Origin: an uncultured Nitrososphaerota archaeon
GTDB lineage: Archaea > Thermoproteota > EX4484-205 > JAAOZO01
NCBI GenBank assembly: GCA_964408285.1
Contig: CAYOYV010000003.1
Location: 96,001 to 160,000 of the forward strand
Direction: 5' to 3'
DNA: 64,000 nt
Translations under genes and position numbers: made by a program
In this document: positions 1-9,355 of the stretch, piece by piece
Layout: each line of letters begins with the position of its first letter
How positions within the stretch are numbered: position 1 is the stretch's first letter
The notes under the pieces: generated by a model
Databases searched by the model: none
What the model was told of the DNA's origin: nothing
The model's input: the letters and a program-made list of their open reading frames with translations, nothing else

Positions 1-860
1 TTAGAAACAGGAATGGTGAAGCATTCCAAGAATTTCGTCGTGATCGTTTTCCAGAAATCGTGTCTGATCTTGTTTTGACTTGCTCCTTTGAAATATACCA
101 GAGGAAGATTCTCAGAGATCCTATATCCATTCTTCTTCAGAAAGTAATCTTCGAAATCAGTAGTCCATGGAATCTGGCCAGCGCCAGCGTAATTTGGCTC
201 ATCTGTGAATATGCCCGGCATGAACTCACCGAAATCCTCCTTGAAATCAGACGCATAGGCATCATAGGTCGTGGCCAGGAATGCTTCTGTGACCTTCGGA
301 TCAAGCAAGTCAACATAGCTTTCACCATTGTACCAGTTGCTCGTCGGCGAAATGGCTTGAACGAAGGCAAAGAGCCTTCCCCCGTCTATCGGTTCTTCTC
401 CCTTGGGGTGGATCTGTCTCACGGAGAGAATGACCTGATCGCTGACATGCAAGGAGAATATGGCTACGAGATTCCCATTTTTTTTGAGGTCATTGATGTC
501 TTCGTGTCTGATCTCCTTAGCCTCGATGCCCTTCGCTCTGAATTGCTCTGACTGTGCGGGTACATATCCGCCGGCAAATCCACTGGGCCACTTATCTTCA
601 TCATAGAGCCAAGATTCCATGTCCGCTTTCCGGCCTTCTTGGACGCAGGTTCGGATTCTGTCCATCCATTCTCTGGAGAGGTAACTCGTGATCAGGCCGA
701 TTCTCGAGTGCATGAAATAGCCACCGAAGCCCTTCTCGCTCATATCCCTGACCTGCCACGCAAGTTCGTCACCGGTCAGTCTATCATTCCAAGACCAGAA
801 TGGACATGGTCTGTATTCCTTGGGGGGATTCAGGAATCCAGTGCGCAGCAATTCACTCAT
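1..860 (-). CDS. Glycoside hydrolase, GH106 (alpha-L-rhamnosidase-like) family, 5' part; runs off window start
   Basis: Not in ORF track (no stop in window). Hand translation from ATG at 860: MSELLRTGFLNPPKEYRPCPFWSWNDRL...GFGGYFMHSRIGL..YLSREW...WLYDEDKWPSGFAGG; the same frame at the window edge reads DFWKTITTKFLECF. These motifs are typical of GH106 N-termini. Confidence 0.8.
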   Translation of the reverse strand, partial: MSELLRTGFLNPPKEYRPCPFWSWNDRLTGDELAWQVRDMSEKGFGGYFMHSRIGLITSYLSREWMDRIRTCVQEGRKADMESWLYDEDKWPSGFAGGYVPAQSEQFRAKGIEAKEIRHEDINDLKKNGNLVAIFSLHVSDQVILSVRQIHPKGEEPIDGGRLFAFVQAISPTSNWYNGESYVDLLDPKVTEAFLATTYDAYASDFKEDFGEFMPGIFTDEPNYAGAGQIPWTTDFEDYFLKKNGYRISENLPLVYFKGASQNKIRHDFWKTITTKFLECFTIPVS

Positions 861-1146
861 GTATTAGAGAGGCAGGAGTGGCTATTCATAAATCTCCTCT
901 CCGATCCGCACAAAACCAAGTCCCCACAAGCGCAAGTTGGAGATTCAGCCTCACAGACGATAGATCCTTACGAATGAATCTCTAGTCGAAGACCACAGGG
1001 TCACTCGGTTCTGCAACGTAACACTCATCACGACTATTGCTAGCCCACCGGCGATACGATTTGCCAGAAATGGATTTCGCCACACTTCGAGAGGGAAAAG
1101 CATATTTAGGTTCTGGCCGGATATCTGGCGAGGAAATCCGATCTGA

Positions 1147-2367
1147 TTGGGAAAAGACCGTGACCTTGTGATCGGCTTTACATATAACTTATTGGCTCCA
1201 ACGAAGGATTACACGCTTGACTATCTCCGAAGATATTCCGAGTGGGATTCGGCGACGAAGATAGAGTCGATTACTAGGGCACTGGAGGAGACAGGAAACA
1301 GAGTCATTCAGATTCCAGTTGATAGGGATATACTGAGCAAACTCAGATCTGTGAAGGAGAAGATTGACATAGTATTCAACATCGCTGAGGGGCTTTCCTC
1401 AGAATTGATAGAGGGAAACCTCCGAGAGGCTCTTATTCCTACCTTCTTGGAATTTCTCCAAATCCCCTATACCGGGTCCGGTCCCATGTCACAGGCTGAG
1501 TGTCTGGACAAGGCAAGGGCAAAGGACATAGCAGGTGCATTTGGCGTCAGGAGTGCGAAGTCGCAACTTGTGTGGGAGGTGCCTTTCAGAATGTCGGAAG
1601 CTCTCCAGTTCCCGATAGTCGTAAAACTGAATTCGGAGGGTTCCAGTCTCGGCATGACACAGGCCTCGAGGCTCGATTCAGCGAATCATGTGGACAGGCT
1701 TGTGCGGCGTCTGATTAAGGAATACAGACAACCAATTCTGATTGAGGAATTCATTGGGGGAACTGAATACACTGTCGGCATCGTCGGGAATCTCATTATG
1801 CCAGTCATGAAGGTTGAGCTGTCCAAGCTACCCAATAGCCCTTCGTTGAGGGATCAGGAAGTGAAGGATTTGGAGCCTGAATATACCTTCTTGAACAATC
1901 CTTCTTCTGACAAGAATGCCCTGACCTTGGCTCAGTTCAGCGGGCTCTATGATGAGCTAGCGTGGATGGCTGCCACCGCCCATGAAGCATTGAGGTGCAG
2001 AGACTTCAACAGGCTTGATTTCAGGGAAAGGAAAGGTCGACCATATATGCTTGAGCTAAATCCTCTACCAGGAATGCACCCAACGGACGGGGACCTGCCA
2101 GTGATGGCAAGGGCAGCCGGCATAGACTTTGGCTCACTCGTGAACATGGTGCTCCTTGAGGCAATAAAGAGATATCGTGCAGATGATCGATTCTCCGAAC
2201 GATTCGCTGCAAGGAGGACTAATGCAATAGCTGAAAGGGTGAACAAGATGGTATCAAGGTTGGGCTTCTTTCCGAAGAAAATCACAACGTTTGGAAAAGA
2301 GTACTGTCTCCTGAGACCTTCAGATTCAGTACAATGCGCATCAGTCTTTGCAGAACCGGCGTGCTAG
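1147..2367 (+). CDS. D-Ala-D-Ala ligase-like ATP-grasp peptide ligase
   Basis: Motifs DIVFNIAEG, IPYTGSG, DKARAK, VKLNSEGSSLG, LIEEFIGGTEYTV, RLDFR, ELNPLPG. Confidence 0.85.
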   Translation: MGKDRDLVIGFTYNLLAPTKDYTLDYLRRYSEWDSATKIESITRALEETGNRVIQIPVDRDILSKLRSVKEKIDIVFNIAEGLSSELIEGNLREALIPTFLEFLQIPYTGSGPMSQAECLDKARAKDIAGAFGVRSAKSQLVWEVPFRMSEALQFPIVVKLNSEGSSLGMTQASRLDSANHVDRLVRRLIKEYRQPILIEEFIGGTEYTVGIVGNLIMPVMKVELSKLPNSPSLRDQEVKDLEPEYTFLNNPSSDKNALTLAQFSGLYDELAWMAATAHEALRCRDFNRLDFRERKGRPYMLELNPLPGMHPTDGDLPVMARAAGIDFGSLVNMVLLEAIKRYRADDRFSERFAARRTNAIAERVNKMVSRLGFFPKKITTFGKEYCLLRPSDSVQCASVFAEPAC

Positions 2368-2446
2368 CGAAGACTCTCAATAGGGCCAAGGAAGGAACTG
2401 GGCCCTTTCAAAATAGGGGAGCATTGAATAACATGAGTGCGAAGAG

Positions 2447-2452
2447 TTTAAA
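2447..2452 (+). promoter_or_regulatory. Archaeal TATA box (TTTAAA) with purine-rich BRE-like flank
   Basis: gaagagTTTAAAcc starts 30 nt before ATG 2477. The same 30-nt spacing recurs at 16424 (TTATAAA, ATG 16454), 23221 (TTTTAAA, ATG 23251) and 46989 (TTTAAA, ATG 47019). Confidence 0.65.
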
Positions 2453-2476
2453 CCGGGTAGACGTGGGCTGAGACCT

Positions 2477-3208
2477 ATGGAGAGAGGATTCTTGATAACC
2501 GGACATAGAGGCGCGTCTGCATTCTTTCCGGAGAACACAATAAGATCCATACAAGGCGCTATCGAATGTGGGGCAACAGCCGTAGAACTCGATGTGAGGT
2601 CCACTTTGGACGGTCATCTAGTGCTTTCGCATGATCCGACGCTGGAGAGGACGTGTGGATTGTCTAAGCAGATATCAGAGATCAAACTGTCAGAGGTGCA
2701 GACCCTGCGGACTAGGGGCGAAAAGATACCAACACTTGAAGAAGCAGTTCGTGCAGTCGCTGGGCGCATGAATTTGGATCTTGACATTAAGCTAGTTGGG
2801 TGCGAAGAGCAAATAGTGAACATAGTCAGGGAGCATGATCACTTGGGGAATACGCTCTTCACTTCATTCTTCCCCCAAGTAGTCTACAGGATTAACCAGA
2901 TAGCTCCTGAGGCAAAAAAGGGTCTGATAACTATGGGTACAACAGAGGAGGCAGTTCTGATATGCCCTGAAATTGGAGCTTCCACGATCGTCCCGTTTTG
3001 TGGCGATCTGGATGACAAACTATTGAGAATCGCGAAGTCAAGTGGACTGAGCACAATAGCTTGGACGGTCAATGAGCCGGAGGAGGCAAAACGACTTCTT
3101 GAGAAAGGAGTTGATGGGATAATAACAGATGATCCATGCGGTCTTGCCAAGGCCATGAGCGAATCCGGCGACCGCCGCCAGAGGCGAAAGGGCTCGCGTC
3201 GTTCATGA
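2477..3208 (+). CDS. Glycerophosphodiester phosphodiesterase (GDPD/UgpQ family)
   Basis: GHRGAS..PENT, VELDV, HD.TLERT, IPTLEE, WTVN, GVDGIITD. Confidence 0.93.
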   Translation: MERGFLITGHRGASAFFPENTIRSIQGAIECGATAVELDVRSTLDGHLVLSHDPTLERTCGLSKQISEIKLSEVQTLRTRGEKIPTLEEAVRAVAGRMNLDLDIKLVGCEEQIVNIVREHDHLGNTLFTSFFPQVVYRINQIAPEAKKGLITMGTTEEAVLICPEIGASTIVPFCGDLDDKLLRIAKSSGLSTIAWTVNEPEEAKRLLEKGVDGIITDDPCGLAKAMSESGDRRQRRKGSRRS

Positions 3209-3248
3209 ACGAATTATGCATTGGCAAGGATCTCTCCTTGTGTTTTGG

Positions 3249-4376
3249 TCACCGCAATAACGATCTGTAGATGCCTTCTATCTGCTTTGTGATGAGATTC
3301 CAATCGAAACCCCTGACGGCTTTTGATCTAGCATTCGATGCTAGATGAGTCCTGAGCTTCTTGTCCTGCAGGAGATCTACTATTGCACTTGCCAACTCGA
3401 TCTCTGAACCTGGTTTTACGAGCAGCCCCTCATTGTGATCAGCAATGATCTCGGGAACTCCGCCTGTCCTTGAGGCGATAACCGGCAATCCACTGGACAT
3501 AGCCTCTAGAAGAACCATGCCAAAGGACTCTGCATATAGTGAAGGCAGTGCAAACAAAGCTGCATTAGCATAGATGCTCGGAAGCATCTCCGGACTGACA
3601 TCACCTAGGAATTCGGTGTTACCACTTATTCCGAGATCATGCACCAAAGACTCTAGATTGAGTCTCATGTATCCGTCTCCAACGAATGTCAGCTTGGCAT
3701 TGGGTTCTTTTCTGAGAACCCTCTTGAACGCCTTCAGTAGCACATGTGGTCCTTTCCTATGAACTAGCCTACCCACGAACAGTATCTGATTTTCATTCCC
3801 ATCCTTCCTCAAATCAGGTGTGAACCTTGTAGTGTCGATACCGTTTGGTATGATATCTATTGGAGCATAATCGATAAAGAGGCTTATGAAGTCAGCCGCC
3901 GCCTGGCTGACAGCTATTGCGTGGTCAGCCAGATTCAGATAATACTTGATTGGTTGAAGAAGGGAGCTAGCACTAGGCCAGACTGACCCGATGTCATACC
4001 ACCCTCCAGGTATAGAATGATTCGTTACCACTGAAGGAATACCGCTCTCATTTGCGACGGAAAGCCCAACTAGAGGCATTGCCGTAAAGGCATGATGGGA
4101 ATGGACGATATCGAACTTCTCCTTCCTGGTGAATTGCTCGATTTCGTCTCGAGCGGGCGGCATAAGGGGAAAGTTGAATGGAAAGGCTGGACTTATGCGA
4201 ACAATCCTAGTGTTCTCAGAGATATCCTCAACAGGTCGCTTCATCCCCCGGACTTTCTTCGTGAAAATCGTGACTTCGTGGCCCCTTTTGTCCAGCTCGT
4301 GCGAGAGGCCCTCCACATGAGAGCTGACTCCTCCCTTGACGGGAAGGTACCACTCGGTGAAAAGTGCGATCCTCAT
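3249..4376 (-). CDS. GT4 glycosyltransferase (PIG-A/PimA-like)
   Basis: N-term EWYLP..GGVSSHV, DIVHSH, IPNGID, FVGRL..RKG, ESFGMVLLEAM. Confidence 0.9.
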   Translation of the reverse strand: MRIALFTEWYLPVKGGVSSHVEGLSHELDKRGHEVTIFTKKVRGMKRPVEDISENTRIVRISPAFPFNFPLMPPARDEIEQFTRKEKFDIVHSHHAFTAMPLVGLSVANESGIPSVVTNHSIPGGWYDIGSVWPSASSLLQPIKYYLNLADHAIAVSQAAADFISLFIDYAPIDIIPNGIDTTRFTPDLRKDGNENQILFVGRLVHRKGPHVLLKAFKRVLRKEPNAKLTFVGDGYMRLNLESLVHDLGISGNTEFLGDVSPEMLPSIYANAALFALPSLYAESFGMVLLEAMSSGLPVIASRTGGVPEIIADHNEGLLVKPGSEIELASAIVDLLQDKKLRTHLASNARSKAVRGFDWNLITKQIEGIYRSLLR

Positions 4377-4538
4377 GCCGTGAAGGACTTAAGGCGTCTC
4401 CGATTAAAAACTATTGCGAATTCTTGGTCCATGAACACCTTACTATCCTGCTAGATCCCCTCCCAAGGAATCGTGGAGCCGCATTTGAAAATCGAAGATA
4501 TGGAATTGGGATGTGAAAAAAATAGGCAGGGGACGAAT

Positions 4539-4895
4539 TCAGGCCAATTGGGATTGGGTTGGAATGGCGATAAGGTCGCTCTTGCTCTTACTCATGAACT
4601 CGAAGAATTCGCCGAATTTCGAAGCGAAATCGTGAAGCGCCCGAACTCCCTGCTCTGCCATAAAGTACCTCCTCTTGACCCTTCTTCCTCCCTCATCCAC
4701 CCTCTGGCTGAATATCAGTCCAAGGCGTTCCATCTTATACAGCATCGGGTACAATGCACCAGACGTGAACTTCTTCCCGAAAAGCCTCGAAAATCTGGTC
4801 AGAATCTCATATCCGTGGGAGGGTGCTTGGGAGAGCATCCAGAGGATGATTAGGTAATTTATATTCTCAAGGGGGGTGCCCTTGCCCTTCGACAT
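4539..4895 (-). CDS. PadR family transcriptional regulator
   Basis: PSHGYEI, SGALYPMLYKME..GLI, RRYF..EQG; likely start ATG 4895 (ORF open to 4955). Confidence 0.88.
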   Translation of the reverse strand: MSKGKGTPLENINYLIILWMLSQAPSHGYEILTRFSRLFGKKFTSGALYPMLYKMERLGLIFSQRVDEGGRRVKRRYFMAEQGVRALHDFASKFGEFFEFMSKSKSDLIAIPTQSQLA

Positions 4896-5034
4896 CTGTC
4901 TTCCACCTTCCTCCTTGTGAGCAATGCTTATAACTCTTTCTTTGGCGTAAGCCAATCTGACAATATTTTAAATCGAAGAGGATGAGGGCCTTCTAGAATA
5001 GTAGAATATGGGCAATCTGATTCGATTTGAGCCT

Positions 5035-5544
5035 CTAATCCCCAAAATCCCTTCCTCCCCCGTCGTCGACCGGGGCAAGCCGGGACAGGGCCCATTTCAG
5101 GACTAGATACGTCAGGATGCCTCCAATTGCTCCGCCCAACAGCCAAGTTGAGGGTGCTCCTGTCTCCAGGAGATACCTAATCGCCGACAGAATGAAGACA
5201 GAGCAGGCCGCTGCTACTGGTGCCCAACGCAAGATTCGATCTCTCGGCTTTCCTTGGTCCTTTGGTCTCTCCTCTGAGGGGGTACCCAATTCTTTGAGCA
5301 ACTCTGCTCCTTTCGGGGTAATGGAATAGATCTTGATCGTACCAATCCCACTCTCCGTGATCAAGCCGATCTCCATCAGAATTCGAAGATGATGGTTGGC
5401 CAATTGCCTTGATATTCCAAGTGCCTTTGTTACCTTGCCAACGCTAGAGGGTTCCCTATTGAGCAAGCTCATGATTTTGATTCTGACAGGGCTTGATGCA
5501 ATCCTGAACGTTCTTATCCTGTCCTTGTTCTCGTCCGCAATCAA
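5035..5544 (-). CDS. ArsR-type winged-helix protein with two C-terminal transmembrane helices
   Basis: SSPVRIKIM..L, LGISRQLANHHLRIL..GLI, YSITPKG, then two hydrophobic segments; probable TTG start 5544 just after the upstream stop. Confidence 0.8.
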   Translation of the reverse strand: MIADENKDRIRTFRIASSPVRIKIMSLLNREPSSVGKVTKALGISRQLANHHLRILMEIGLITESGIGTIKIYSITPKGAELLKELGTPSEERPKDQGKPRDRILRWAPVAAACSVFILSAIRYLLETGAPSTWLLGGAIGGILTYLVLKWALSRLAPVDDGGGRDFGD

Positions 5545-5551
5545 GCGAGCT

Positions 5552-6808
5552 TCAGGGCACCGTATTGCAGTATTGGCAGAAATACCGATTAAGCTGCTCG
5601 GACCATCCAAGTCTCGATCCACAGACTGGACAATTGATTGAGGACTCTAGCAGACCCTTTCCAGTGGGTTTCTTCTTCGACCACGTGATGAGGGGATCCT
5701 CCATCTTCGCGATCAAATCTAGGGTTCTCATCCAATCGCTCTCTTCTTCCTCCTTCTCCTTTACGCCCATCATTTCCTCGGCCTCTGCTTGCTCGCCAAC
5801 AGCTTGAACCTCAAGGGGCATTGGGAAGAATTCCTCTGCGGGCTTCTCAGGAGTGGGTTGCTGTTCAGGAGGGGCTATGATTCCCTCACCTTTTGTCAGA
5901 ATGGGTGACACTTCGGGAGGCGCAGCCAAGGCCTCCTCCATTCCGAAGACGGGCACAGACACTTCGGGTTTTTCCTCCATCTCTTCCGGAATCTCGGCCG
6001 TTTCCACCACGGGCACTGCGGTCTCTTCCCTAGGCGCTTCCTGTATCGGGACCTCTTCTGCGAGCTGCTTTGTCATCTCCTCTGTGACGGCTTCCTCCTC
6101 GATCTTAGCTTCCTCTGTTTTCTCAAGGGCTACCAGCTCTTGCTCTGGCACCTTTTCCTCTGGCTTCTTTTCGAGTGCGGGCTCCCTTTTGAGCGGCTCT
6201 ATGCCTCTGCCTGGAACGGATGGCCTGACTGGAGGCCGTTCCTCCCTTGGACTGAAGATGAATCGTCCGAGGAGAACACCCGTAATAGAGGCGATTATCG
6301 AGCCCGACACGTAGGATATCGCAGTTGTAGCCATTGCTGCGTTGACCAATTGCGTCCTGGCTTGCTCACTGAGATTCACGAAGGGGGGACTAAGGTAAGA
6401 ATTGACGAGGAATGCGGCTATGGCTGCTGCCAGCACGCCAGCTATCAGGGCATTTATTCCCCTCTCGATATTTGTCCTTGAGAGAATCGCAGTCACGAGA
6501 CCGCCTGCTACATATACTGCTATTGAGAAGTACAGCCAGTCAGGAGAAAGGGCTGAGAATGTCTCCAGGATCTCGGAAGACTGAGCCCCTATCAGGACCA
6601 CATAGGGAGATCCCATCCCAAGAAACGTCACGAACATTATGTCAGGGAGATTCCCGGCTGCTGTCTCTATCTTGCCACCCTCTGGCAATGCAACCACGGA
6701 TGGCCTGAGAACGAAGTTCGCAGCGAAGAACGGCAAGAGAAAGATTGTAACTAGAATAGCTAACATGATGATTATGTCCCTTGCCGGGGAAAATCTCAAT
6801 TCACTCAA
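5552..6808 (-). CDS. Membrane protein with N-terminal TM bundle, Glu/Pro-rich linker and C-terminal zinc ribbon
   Basis: About 5 hydrophobic segments, acidic low-complexity linker, CPVCG...RYFCQYC. Confidence 0.75.
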   Translation of the reverse strand: MSELRFSPARDIIIMLAILVTIFLLPFFAANFVLRPSVVALPEGGKIETAAGNLPDIMFVTFLGMGSPYVVLIGAQSSEILETFSALSPDWLYFSIAVYVAGGLVTAILSRTNIERGINALIAGVLAAAIAAFLVNSYLSPPFVNLSEQARTQLVNAAMATTAISYVSGSIIASITGVLLGRFIFSPREERPPVRPSVPGRGIEPLKREPALEKKPEEKVPEQELVALEKTEEAKIEEEAVTEEMTKQLAEEVPIQEAPREETAVPVVETAEIPEEMEEKPEVSVPVFGMEEALAAPPEVSPILTKGEGIIAPPEQQPTPEKPAEEFFPMPLEVQAVGEQAEAEEMMGVKEKEEEESDWMRTLDLIAKMEDPLITWSKKKPTGKGLLESSINCPVCGSRLGWSEQLNRYFCQYCNTVP

Positions 6809-6877
6809 TTCTCTGACCCATAACCTGAGGGCGGCATTCTATTAAATCCTTGCCCGCAGGTGAAATCGACCTTTATA

Positions 6878-7501
6878 CTAGCTTTTCTGTATTGCTTTAT
6901 AAACGGTTTCAATTCCTTCCACTTTCTCTATCAAATTCCTTCTCCACATTTCGTATAGAATCGCGTCAGCTTCGGCGTCGGTCATACCCATCAATCGCAT
7001 GACATCCTCCAATGACGCACTCTCTTGGCTATTGATGAAAGTCAAGATCTTGCCAATTCTCACCTCCTTTGTCCTTTCCGAAAGGTAGATCTCAGCACCG
7101 ACTAATCCGAAGAGCATTGTTCCGACCATTGACAGCGCAAACGAGAAGAGGGCAGGAAATGCGTAGACGCCCCCAACGAAGCTTGTCAGCGCCAATAGGA
7201 GGTAGTTGAAAGCCAATGCCCTTCGACTCAGAGTTCCGACGAACGCCGGGTATGCCCATAGAAGATTGAGTATCATGACAGCGAGTTGGGGTCCTTGAAC
7301 GAACACATCGAACTTCGGCCCAAAGTCTACTACCCTAAGCGGGGAAAACATCGCAATGATGAAAAAGAAAGGAAAGGCGAATCCAACGAGACTGATCTCG
7401 GATGCCAAGTCATAGAGTTTATTCCTGTCGAAGATGAGCATGGCCGCTCCCATTGCTGATATGGCCATGCTACCCAAAATGAAATAGTCTTGGAATAGCA
7501 A
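6878..7501 (-). CDS. Multi-pass membrane protein with C-terminal winged-helix domain
   Basis: About 5 TM segments then KILTFI...ASLEDVMRLMGMTDAEADAILYEMWRRNLIEK; start uncertain (TTG 7501; ORF open to 7588). Confidence 0.7.
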   Translation of the reverse strand: MLFQDYFILGSMAISAMGAAMLIFDRNKLYDLASEISLVGFAFPFFFIIAMFSPLRVVDFGPKFDVFVQGPQLAVMILNLLWAYPAFVGTLSRRALAFNYLLLALTSFVGGVYAFPALFSFALSMVGTMLFGLVGAEIYLSERTKEVRIGKILTFINSQESASLEDVMRLMGMTDAEADAILYEMWRRNLIEKVEGIETVYKAIQKS

Positions 7502-7647
7502 TATCGAGAGGAGATGTCTTCGGGATGAAATAAACGTTCTGCCCGAGCACTTGATCCGCTGGATAGATGTATGTAGAATCGGATCCATCAGGAGCAGATC
7601 CCTGTTTCAAGGAAAGGTTGAATAGTTCTTTCCACTTCAATTGGGGT

Positions 7648-8871
7648 ATGAAGGCTCTGGGTACATCGGACATTAGGAATGACTTCCCGATACTCCAGAG
7701 AAAGCTGGGGGGCAAGCCTCTTGTGTATCTGGATAATGCGTCCACCTCGCAAAAGCCAAAACAAGTATTGGATGCTATGGACGAATTCTACCGCAACTCA
7801 AATGCGAATGTGATGAGAAGCACGAACTCGCTAGGCCTCGAAGCAACCGAGATTTATCATGGAGCTAGAAACAGGGTTGCCGAGATGATTGGTGCAAGCC
7901 CCAAGGAGGTGATATTCACCCGGGGAACCACTGAGGGCCTTAATGTTCTAGCCCGGATCTTGACAAAGAAATACGTTTGTTCAGGTGGAAAAGTGATCAC
8001 AAGCATACTCGAACACCACAGCAATATCCTGCCATGGAGAAACTCTGTTTCCGTTGTTGGTGCCAAGTTGGCAGTGTTGCCGGCCAATAGGTCTTGGACG
8101 ATGGATCTAGACAGACTCGAGGCGGAGCTCTCAGATGGAGCCGATATTGTTACAACTCTGCATGTATCGAACGTTCTTGGTACCATAAATCCCGTGAAAG
8201 AGATCTGCAGGTTGGCGCACGACCATGGTGCACTTGTGGTATTGGACTCGGCACAAGGGGTCCCTCATATGCCGGTCGATGTAAAAGAGATTGATGTTGA
8301 TTTTATGGTGTTTAGCTCACACAAGATGCTAGGGCCAACTGGAGTGGGGGTACTCTATGGAAAGCAGAGCCATCTTGAGGACCTCGAACCATGGGAGCTT
8401 GGTGGAGGCATGGTGAAATCCGTCACCGCTGACGAAGTGAGCTATGAGGATCTGCCTACTAGGCTGGAGGCTGGCACTCCTAACATAGCCGGCGTGATAG
8501 GATTAGCCGCTGCAGTTAATTATCTTCAGGATATCGGCATGCAGAGCATAGTGGATCACGAGAGGCGGCTGCTTAGGCATGCCTTCGAGGTCCTTCCCAA
8601 GGAGATCCTAGAATTGTATGGCCCAACAGAGGCCTATTCCCACTCTGGTATGTTGGCATTTAACGTGAAAGGGATCCACCCTCACGATGTGGCTTCTGCT
8701 CTTGACAAAGAAGGAATAATCGTGAGGGCCGGCCATCATTGTGCTCAGCCGCTAGTCAACGCTCTAGGTACGACAGCCACGGTGAGAGCGAGTTTCTACC
8801 TCTACAACTCACACGAAGAAGTGGACCTGTTGGGCCAAGGCTTGAGGAGGTCGGTGGAGATTCTGACATGA
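7648..8871 (+). CDS. sufS: Cysteine desulfurase SufS (group II)
   Basis: YLDNASTSQKP, EHHSN, FSSHKMLGPTG (PLP Lys), RAGHHCAQP. Confidence 0.95.
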   Translation: MKALGTSDIRNDFPILQRKLGGKPLVYLDNASTSQKPKQVLDAMDEFYRNSNANVMRSTNSLGLEATEIYHGARNRVAEMIGASPKEVIFTRGTTEGLNVLARILTKKYVCSGGKVITSILEHHSNILPWRNSVSVVGAKLAVLPANRSWTMDLDRLEAELSDGADIVTTLHVSNVLGTINPVKEICRLAHDHGALVVLDSAQGVPHMPVDVKEIDVDFMVFSSHKMLGPTGVGVLYGKQSHLEDLEPWELGGGMVKSVTADEVSYEDLPTRLEAGTPNIAGVIGLAAAVNYLQDIGMQSIVDHERRLLRHAFEVLPKEILELYGPTEAYSHSGMLAFNVKGIHPHDVASALDKEGIIVRAGHHCAQPLVNALGTTATVRASFYLYNSHEEVDLLGQGLRRSVEILT

Positions 8872-9278
8872 CAAATGAGAATTCAAGCAAGCAGCGCGTC
8901 TTAGACCATTACAGGAATCCAAGAAACTATGGGGTGATCGAAGATGCCGATCTCGTTTCCAAAGAGGCGGGTCCGCCATGCGGAGACGAGGTGCATTTCT
9001 ACCTGAAACTCGATCGCAACAGAATAACTGATATTCGATTCACTTCAAGCAGCTGTGCAATCTGCAAGGCATCTGCCTCCATGCTTTCCGAGATGATTAA
9101 AGGCAAGGAAGGAGACTATGTGATGAATCTTGGGGAAAAGGACATCATGGATATGTTCGGCATGGATCTGGAGCCAAACAGAAGGAAATGTGCACTTCTT
9201 CCTCTCGCAGCCATTAAGAAAGGAATCACCAGCCAAAGAACGCAGCAGAAGAGAGCTGTTTCAAGTGATAGAACATGA
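8868..9278 (+). CDS. Fe-S scaffold / sulfur-transfer protein, SufU/IscU family
   Basis: LDHYRNPRNYG, PCGD, CAICKASAS, RRKCALL; ATGA overlap with the sufS stop. Confidence 0.92.
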   Translation: MTNENSSKQRVLDHYRNPRNYGVIEDADLVSKEAGPPCGDEVHFYLKLDRNRITDIRFTSSSCAICKASASMLSEMIKGKEGDYVMNLGEKDIMDMFGMDLEPNRRKCALLPLAAIKKGITSQRTQQKRAVSSDRT

Positions 9279-9355
9279 AGGATTGCTCTGTCTGCAGGTG
9301 TTTCAGTAACTAATACAGGCGAATGATTATTTGGGGCTTTTGAGCCTCTATCACC

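Noticed and set aside
60-985. Plus-strand ORFs 60-551, 639-977 and 800-985
   Set aside because: Antisense shadows of the minus-strand GH106 gene. The same applies to most short overlapping ORFs in the track.
1387-1425. BHB-like fold in the Ddl-like gene (GAGG-GGC-TTTCCTC...GAGGGAAA-CCTC-CGA)
   Set aside because: The outer exon helix is poor, and canonical cleavage would remove 32 nt and frameshift an otherwise intact ORF.
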